DNA of 64,000 nucleotides from a virus (taxonomy: Duplodnaviria; Caudoviricetes), in IMG/VR virus record IMGVR_UViG_2974736276_000001, positions 96,001-160,000 of that record; one strand, 5' to 3'. How positions within the stretch are numbered: position 1 is the first letter of the stretch; every line of letters starts with the position of its first letter. The notes beneath the pieces were generated by a model, which worked only from the letters and a program-made list of their open reading frames with translations, was not told where the DNA came from and ran no database searches. The position numbers and the translations under genes are program-made. Positions 58,362 through 64,000 of this stretch are shown in pieces.

Positions 58362-58633
58362 TTCTTAGCCTTAACCTTTTTCCAGGCAGCTTTAAATTCT
58401 TCCACATCTTCAATGCGAATCCAGAATCCTGAACCGAAACCATCTTCGAAGCAAGGACAACCATCACAGAACTTATTCCATGTAACAATTTCACCACCTA
58501 AAGTGAAAGAACATTCCATTGCACGAAGGTTGTTCTCAGCAGTTTCGATAGCTTCTGCATTTTTACCTTCGATGGTGAAGTACCAAGTTCCACGTCTTTC
58601 AGAATCATTTAGTGGATTGCGTTGAAGTTTCAT
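58358..58633 (-). CDS. frd.1: Frd.1-like protein
   Basis: MKLQR...DSE.RG.WYF...CDGCP.FEDG...GFWI...DVE.FKA.WK. Confidence 0.8.
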   Translation of the reverse strand: MKLQRNPLNDSERRGTWYFTIEGKNAEAIETAENNLRAMECSFTLGGEIVTWNKFCDGCPCFEDGFGSGFWIRIEDVEEFKAAWKKVKAKK

Positions 58634-58661
58634 TTTATTCTCCATTTTGTTGATAGGGGCT

Positions 58662-58691
58662 ATAGTATCAAACCATAGCCCAACTGTACAA
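58662..58691 (-). promoter_or_regulatory. Early promoter with flanking inverted repeat
   Basis: TTGTAC-N18-TACTAT. Confidence 0.65.
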
Positions 58692-58693
58692 CA

Positions 58694-58912
58694 TTATTTT
58701 ACTGAATTCAGAATTTCTTGTTGATCTTCAGCATCAAGACCTGGAAGATATTCAGTGTTCAAATAACGAACAATCTCAGCTTTATCACCTTCGATGGTTA
58801 CATCATAACCACATTCAAAATCATTAGAGGTGTTAACGATTTTCAGATCATATGCTTTCAGATCTTCTTCAAAATCAACAATCCAAGCAACGAATAAAGT
58901 AACTTTAGCCAT
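58694..58912 (-). CDS. frd.3: Frd.3-like protein
   Basis: MAKV...IVDFE...IEG...EY..G.D.ED. Confidence 0.7.
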   Translation of the reverse strand: MAKVTLFVAWIVDFEEDLKAYDLKIVNTSNDFECGYDVTIEGDKAEIVRYLNTEYLPGLDAEDQQEILNSVK

Positions 58913-58957
58913 TTTCTATTTCTCCGGTGAGTTAGTCCGTTTGGACTTGATGGAGCT

Positions 58958-58987
58958 ATAGTACTACAGTCTTGAGAGGAAGTAAAC
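58958..58987 (-). promoter_or_regulatory. Early promoter
   Basis: GTTTAC-N18-TACTAT after the gene 32 terminator. Confidence 0.8.
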
Positions 58988-58997
58988 AGGTAAAACG

Positions 58998-59026
58998 AAA
59001 AAAGGCTACTCCGAAGAGTAGCCTTT
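58998..59026 (-). terminator. Terminator after gene 32
   Basis: AAAGGCTACTC-TTCG-GAGTAGCCTTT TTT. Confidence 0.9.
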
Positions 59027-59029
59027 ATA

Positions 59030-59944
59030 TTAGAAGTCGTTCAGCAGACTATCGAGGTCATCATCACCAGTACTGGTGCTTGATTTTTCTAAGTCAGTTG
59101 AAGAGGTTGAACTAGTTGAACCAAAATCAGAGAGGTCTTTATCGAACTGGTCAAGTTCGTTAGTCAGAGCATCAGCTTGTGCACCTGCTGCCGCTGCACC
59201 ACCGCCAAGAGCTGCAGTACCCATGATTTGTTTGAACTTAGCTTCGTTAGTTTCGAATGATTTGAACTGATCTTTACCTACGATTTTGTTTAAGTCAGTC
59301 ATATTTTCTTCTAGGAATTTCTGAGTCTTTTCGTCGTTGATGTTAGCAATTTCAGATTGACCGAAGAATTTAGATTCGTCGTAATTCTGGAAACCACCGA
59401 CTTTCTTAACTTTAAGAGAGAAGTCTGCGCCTTCGAATGGACAAGTAACATCAACTGGAACTTCACCCATACCGGTATCAACTTCTACCATCGCATTGAT
59501 CTTGTCCATAACTTTCTGACCAAAACGATATTTAAATACTTTACCTTCATTTGCTGGGTTAGCAGGATCTTTAATAACCAAGATATTTGCCCAGAAAGAA
59601 GTTTTACGTTTCAGAAGCTTATATTCTGCTTCGTTGGTGTTGTATGAATCATTTTTGCTCAGATGTTGACATACTGGGCAAGAATCATAATCACCATGGC
59701 TTGAAGTACAGTTTTCGATGTACCATTTACCATTTTTCTTGAAACCGTGATTAATCAGTTTAACAAACGGTAGACCTTCTTCACCTTTACCAGGCAGGAA
59801 GCGAATACGTGCTTGACCATTACCCGCAGAATCAACAGTTAGTTTCCATTCGTTCTTATCGTCAGAACTAAAACCTTGGCCACCTTTCAGAGATGCCAGT
59901 TGAGCTTGCAGAGCAGATGGGTCTTTACGTTTGAACATTGACAT
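59030..59944 (-). CDS. 32: Single-stranded DNA-binding protein gp32
   Basis: MFKRK start, IRFLP, HGFK, C..HG...CPVC zinc site, acidic C-terminus. Confidence 0.97.
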   Translation of the reverse strand: MSMFKRKDPSALQAQLASLKGGQGFSSDDKNEWKLTVDSAGNGQARIRFLPGKGEEGLPFVKLINHGFKKNGKWYIENCTSSHGDYDSCPVCQHLSKNDSYNTNEAEYKLLKRKTSFWANILVIKDPANPANEGKVFKYRFGQKVMDKINAMVEVDTGMGEVPVDVTCPFEGADFSLKVKKVGGFQNYDESKFFGQSEIANINDEKTQKFLEENMTDLNKIVGKDQFKSFETNEAKFKQIMGTAALGGGAAAAGAQADALTNELDQFDKDLSDFGSTSSTSSTDLEKSSTSTGDDDLDSLLNDF

Positions 59945-60010
59945 ATTTTATTTACCTTGAATTAGACAGTTTTTAACAGTTGGTGATGCAACATTACCTT
60001 GCATCTGGTA
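59945..60010 (-). promoter_or_regulatory. Gene 32 translational operator: pseudoknot plus A/U-rich leader
   Basis: UACC-A-GAUGCAA-GGUA-AUG-UUGCAUC at 60010-59985, then an A/U-rich leader. Confidence 0.7.
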
Positions 60011-60014
60011 TACT

Positions 60015-60022
60015 TATTTATA
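60015..60022 (-). promoter_or_regulatory. Late promoter for gene 32
   Basis: TATAAATA on minus strand at the gene 59 stop. Confidence 0.75.
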
Positions 60023-60674
60023 ACGACTTGCAAGCCTTGACAGTATCAATGAATAACTGCTTTGCTGCAGATGAATCAACATCCAAAATCTTACGATAAG
60101 CTGATAATTTAGTCGAATAATTCGACCAAACTAAATTGTTAGTAGCTTTGTCGTGTTTATCAATTATATTCAAGAAACTGTCTAGCAATATAAAAGTTTC
60201 AAAGGAAATTATATTACTTTGAAGAAGTTTAAAAATATAACTTGAATCACCTTTAGAATTATATTCAAATATTTCTGAAAGCGTTTTGGTTTCAATTCTT
60301 TTTGAGAAATAGTAGATGTTTTTAATGTCATCCTCAAACTGCGTACGAATTCGTTTCAAACGACCGATGTACTCTCGGTAGAATACCAATGCGTCCGCAT
60401 CACTAATGTCACCAATCCATGCGTCTTGGTTAGCAACTAAGTTACTCATAAAGATTAACGTTAGTTCTTTGAGCATGTACTTCTCTGATAATTTCTCAAA
60501 GAAGTATTTGTCTCTACGTTTCTGATAAGCTGCATCAGAAACCCGCATGGTCCAATGATATTTGATTACGTCGTATTTACCGTTGAAGTGATTCTTCATC
60601 ATCAAGTACAACATGTACACTGATTTACCGTTAACGTATCGAGCATTATTGGGTGGCATGCGGAGTTTAATCAT
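60018..60674 (-). CDS. 59: Helicase loader gp59
   Basis: MIKLRMP, GKSVY.LYLM, AYQKRRDKYFF, ISFETFILLDSF. Confidence 0.96.
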   Translation of the reverse strand: MIKLRMPPNNARYVNGKSVYMLYLMMKNHFNGKYDVIKYHWTMRVSDAAYQKRRDKYFFEKLSEKYMLKELTLIFMSNLVANQDAWIGDISDADALVFYREYIGRLKRIRTQFEDDIKNIYYFSKRIETKTLSEIFEYNSKGDSSYIFKLLQSNIISFETFILLDSFLNIIDKHDKATNNLVWSNYSTKLSAYRKILDVDSSAAKQLFIDTVKACKSL

Positions 60675-60979
60675 AACAAGAAGTCCAGACTATTAGTTTT
60701 ATAATTTTTAGCCAGAGACGGTCGAAGCAAATTATCATTCACTGCTTCATCTTTTATCTTATCGATAATGATTGAAGGAATGAATCGAGAGTGATTACCC
60801 TCTGGAACACTATGCTCTTCCATCCATCTGGAAGTAGCCTCAAGGAATGTTAGCCCATGTTCAACCACGAGCTGTTCAATCTCGAAACCATTTTTCTGTT
60901 TATCTAACAGAGCGTTAACATCAAGAGCTTTTGAAGGCTCTTGATTTTCATTAAGGTTTTGCTGGGAAAATAGAGTCAT
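60671..60979 (-). CDS. 33: Late transcription co-activator gp33
   Basis: NGFEIE..V, FLEA..W.EE.S.PE, C-terminal LDFLL clamp-binding motif. Confidence 0.92.
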   Translation of the reverse strand: MTLFSQQNLNENQEPSKALDVNALLDKQKNGFEIEQLVVEHGLTFLEATSRWMEEHSVPEGNHSRFIPSIIIDKIKDEAVNDNLLRPSLAKNYKTNSLDFLL

Positions 60980-61229
60980 ACAGCTCCACGACTTCGTCTT
61001 TTTCAGATTCGAATACTTCACGAGTATCTTTATGGTAAATCTTCAACAGCTGGTTGAACATCTTACCGTCTACGCCAAGATCAATCTTAGCTGCATCACG
61101 AGCATCTTTCATCTTGACACGAAAACTTTCTGCCTGTAGCAAATGGTCTGAAGCTTCTTTAATGAGTTTCTTCAGATCTTCGCCGTGTACTGATTCATCA
61201 AATTCTACTGCAACTTTCTCTTTAGCCAT
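60951..61229 (-). CDS. dsbA: Double-stranded DNA-binding protein DsbA
   Basis: VEFDE..HG..L...IKEASD, LGVDGKMFN.LL..YHKD. Confidence 0.92.
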   Translation of the reverse strand: MAKEKVAVEFDESVHGEDLKKLIKEASDHLLQAESFRVKMKDARDAAKIDLGVDGKMFNQLLKIYHKDTREVFESEKDEVVELYDSIFPAKP

Positions 61230-61230
61230 T

Positions 61231-61425
61231 TCAATCAACCTTTTCAATAGTTCCGATTTTGTTTGAAGGTCCCCATTTGGAGATCTCAAACAATTCATTA
61301 TCAATAATTACATGAGTAAACTTTCTATCATGAATCAGAGTCTTCCAAGCGAAATAGTCGTTTGGAGAATCTTCTACTTCATTCAGAAGTCTATTATATT
61401 CTTCTGTTATGTCAGCAATCTTCAT
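61231..61425 (-). CDS. Hypothetical protein between rnh and dsbA
   Basis: 64 aa; TAATG coupling to rnh. Confidence 0.6.
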   Translation of the reverse strand: MKIADITEEYNRLLNEVEDSPNDYFAWKTLIHDRKFTHVIIDNELFEISKWGPSNKIGTIEKVD

Positions 61426-62345
61426 TAGAAGTCACCTACATCTTTAATCAGTTTAGAAAGACCCGATTTTACAAAGTAAGGATAAATTTTACCTTTACCT
61501 GGTTTCTTATAATTATTATACAGATCTAGAATAGCATCTTTAATATCTTGGCGAATAAACTCAAAATCAATCATTACCTGATTTTCTTTGAATCGCTGAT
61601 ATTGAGCTTCAGATAATAATTCAGAAATATCGTTAGCATCTAAACATTCTTCAATAAATTTGGTTTTAGTCGAAGGAGTTCTTTCACCTTCAACGCGAGT
61701 ATACCAGAAATCTGAACGAACATTGATAGAAGCAACGTTATCTTTTTTATCGCCTTTGATCAATTTGGTCATTAGGTCAAGAGCAGGTGAACCTGATTTA
61801 GCTTTGACCAGTTTCTTCATCATTGGAGAATACTGAGAAACATTCGGGAATTTATGAAGCTGAGTAAAGTCACCATCGCTTGAGATGATCATTACTTTGT
61901 GACCTTCAAGTGTCAATTTCTTAGTGAGTACTGCGATAGAATCATCAGCCTCAGCCTTAGAAATATCCATGATGACATAAGGCATGTTCTTTTTGAATTC
62001 TTCGATAACAGTACGAAGACCTTCAAAATAACCGTCCCAGTCCCAACTAGATTCTTCACGGGCCTTAGCACGGTTTTTCTTATAGAAGTAAGCTACTTCA
62101 CGGCGCCAATAAGAAGGCATAGCATTATCAACACAGATAACTACTTCTTCATATCCGTCTTTACGGAATTTCAGAACGTTATGTTTAAGTGTAGATAAAA
62201 TCAGATGTCGCATCATTTTAACATCAATTTTATCACCTTCTTTAAAGGTAGCAGTTACAGTAGCATGTACAATTTGTGATAGATCGACTAAAAGAACACC
62301 TGGTTTAACTTGGTCTTCATCAGCCATCAAAAAGTTTAAATTCAT
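61425..62345 (-). CDS. rnh: RNase H / 5'-3' exonuclease
   Basis: LVDLSQI, YWRR, YKKNR, EADD, ISSDGDFTQL, KGDKKDNVA. Confidence 0.96.
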   Translation of the reverse strand: MNLNFLMADEDQVKPGVLLVDLSQIVHATVTATFKEGDKIDVKMMRHLILSTLKHNVLKFRKDGYEEVVICVDNAMPSYWRREVAYFYKKNRAKAREESSWDWDGYFEGLRTVIEEFKKNMPYVIMDISKAEADDSIAVLTKKLTLEGHKVMIISSDGDFTQLHKFPNVSQYSPMMKKLVKAKSGSPALDLMTKLIKGDKKDNVASINVRSDFWYTRVEGERTPSTKTKFIEECLDANDISELLSEAQYQRFKENQVMIDFEFIRQDIKDAILDLYNNYKKPGKGKIYPYFVKSGLSKLIKDVGDF

Positions 62346-62375
62346 TTCAACCTCGTTGAATTAGATTAGGAGTCT

Positions 62376-62402
62376 ATTATAAATAGATTTATGATAAGCA
62401 CA
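62376..62402. promoter_or_regulatory. Overlapping rnh middle promoter (-) and gene 34 late promoter (+, 62378-62385)
   Basis: Minus strand TGCTTAT-N12-TATAAT; plus strand TATAAATA. Confidence 0.7.
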
Positions 62403-62413
62403 CAGGAGCAGCT

Positions 62414-64000
62414 ATGGCCGATTTAGTTAAACAGCAATTCAGAGCGACGAACGGTCTGGATGCAGCCGGTGAAAAAGTTATTAACGTTGCCAAAGCAAAC
62501 CGTACTGTTTTAACAGATGCGGTCAACGTTGCATTCTTTATAGAAGAAAATACAATTCAAACCTATGACTCGACTCGTGGATATATTCAGAACTTCGCTG
62601 TAATGTATGATGGTCGTATTTGGGTGAGCAACAGAGCAATTACTTCACCTGCTGGTACATTCGTTCAAGATTACTGGACTGCAGTGCGCACAGACGCAAA
62701 ATATGAATTCATTAATACATCTGGTAAACAATTAAAATCCGGTGATTTCATTTCAGCAGATTCAAGTTCATCAGATCTTACTTTTACTTTACCAAATTCA
62801 CCTAACGAAGGTGATTCTATTGTTATCCGCGATATCGGTGGAAACGTTGGTTACAAATCAATTAACATTGTAGCTTCTAATCAAAGAATTGCATTTAATC
62901 AACACCAGCTTACAAGTCTTGGGTTAACTAATCCTTATTCTCAGATTTTGTTTGTTTTTAGTAACCGTTTATGGCAGACATTTATCACTCCCCGTGAGAC
63001 CTTCGGGCGTTTGACTCCAAATTCTGAAGGTACATATTCTGCTCAAGCTGGCGATGCTATTTTTGCACGATACACCACTTCTGGTCCGTTAGAAGTTATT
63101 CTGCCTAAGTACGCAAATACTGGTGACTATATTCAGTTCATCGACACAGAGAACAAAGAACCGATTAATCACTTAATCGTTTCTACTTTTGATGATACTA
63201 CAAGTGTAGACACTCAGGGTACTAAAGAAAAAGAATATCGTACATCAGGAAAAAGCGTATTCATCTATGATGCTGTAGATAAATTGTGGCGTTACTGGAC
63301 TGCTGATATTCGCGATCGTATTCGTATCATCCGAGATGATGTGACTATGAATCCAAACGAATCAGTAATGGTTTGGGGAACAAATAACAGCACGATCAAA
63401 ACCATTAATATCAAGCTTCCGACTTCTATCGCTCCAGGTGATAAAGCTCGTGTAGCAATGAATTATATGCGCAAAGGTCAGACTGTAGTTATCACTCCTT
63501 CTGGAACTGATACTATCGCTACTAATAAGACAATGATGCAGTTCCCTCGTCGTTCAGAATATCCACCTGAAACTGCATGGGTTCAAGTAACTTCATTGAC
63601 TTTCAATGGCACTACAGATTATGTACCGATCGTTGAATTCAGCTATGTTGAAGATACTTCAGGAACTAATTTCTGGGTTGTCTCAGATGTTTCTCCACGT
63701 GTAGAACGTGTCGATGCAAGCAATCCTGATCGTTTAGGTGTTATTGCTTTAGCTACTCAAGATCAAGCGAACGTTGATAAAGGTTCTACTCCAGCTACTG
63801 AGCTGGCGATTACTCCTTCAACATTAGCTAATCGTACTGCGACAGAAGCTCGTCAAGGTATCGCGGCTATTGCTACTACAGCATTAGTTAATCAGGATTC
63901 TACTGCGAGTTACAACGATTTAACTATCGTTACTCCTAAGAAACTTAATGAGCGTACTGCAACTGAGACACGCCGTGGATTGGCAGAAATTGCTACACAA
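62414..64000 (+). CDS. 34: Long tail fibre proximal subunit gp34 (runs off window)
   Basis: AGGAG SD; MADLVKQQFRATNGLDAAGEKVINVA; later RLGVIALATQ and TPKKLNERTATETRRG repeats. Confidence 0.93.
   Translation, partial: MADLVKQQFRATNGLDAAGEKVINVAKANRTVLTDAVNVAFFIEENTIQTYDSTRGYIQNFAVMYDGRIWVSNRAITSPAGTFVQDYWTAVRTDAKYEFINTSGKQLKSGDFISADSSSSDLTFTLPNSPNEGDSIVIRDIGGNVGYKSINIVASNQRIAFNQHQLTSLGLTNPYSQILFVFSNRLWQTFITPRETFGRLTPNSEGTYSAQAGDAIFARYTTSGPLEVILPKYANTGDYIQFIDTENKEPINHLIVSTFDDTTSVDTQGTKEKEYRTSGKSVFIYDAVDKLWRYWTADIRDRIRIIRDDVTMNPNESVMVWGTNNSTIKTINIKLPTSIAPGDKARVAMNYMRKGQTVVITPSGTDTIATNKTMMQFPRRSEYPPETAWVQVTSLTFNGTTDYVPIVEFSYVEDTSGTNFWVVSDVSPRVERVDASNPDRLGVIALATQDQANVDKGSTPATELAITPSTLANRTATEARQGIAAIATTALVNQDSTASYNDLTIVTPKKLNERTATETRRGLAEIATQ

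Overview
64 kb of a T4-like (Tevenvirinae/Straboviridae-type) myophage genome, largely collinear with T4. It runs from the 3' part of terminase gene 17 through 18-24, a duplicated gene 24, rnlB, hoc/inh, uvsW/uvsY, baseplate genes 25-26-51-27-28-29-48-54, alt, ligase 30, 30.x, rIII, 31, cd, pseT, spanins, alc, rnlA, denA, nrdB, an HNH homing endonuclease, nrdA, td, frd, 32, 59, 33, dsbA and rnh to the start of long tail fibre gene 34. T4-type early (GTTTAC/GTGTAC), middle (MotA box) and late (TATAAATA) promoters and UUCG hairpins/terminators are visible. The main non-core features are in the 24-inh interval: four Hoc capsid-binding-domain paralogues, two of them lacking Ig domains. These sit next to a collagen/carbohydrate-binding fibre gene and a 926-aa tailspike-like depolymerase with a C-terminal Ig domain, which suggests an expanded capsid display system. 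Also notable are a ~330-nt ORF-free, highly structured region between rIII and 30.9, a small early Arr-like ADP-ribosyltransferase, and a sequence-divergent gene 32 pseudoknot. All gene names come from recalled similarity to T4 proteins plus synteny; no database searches were run.
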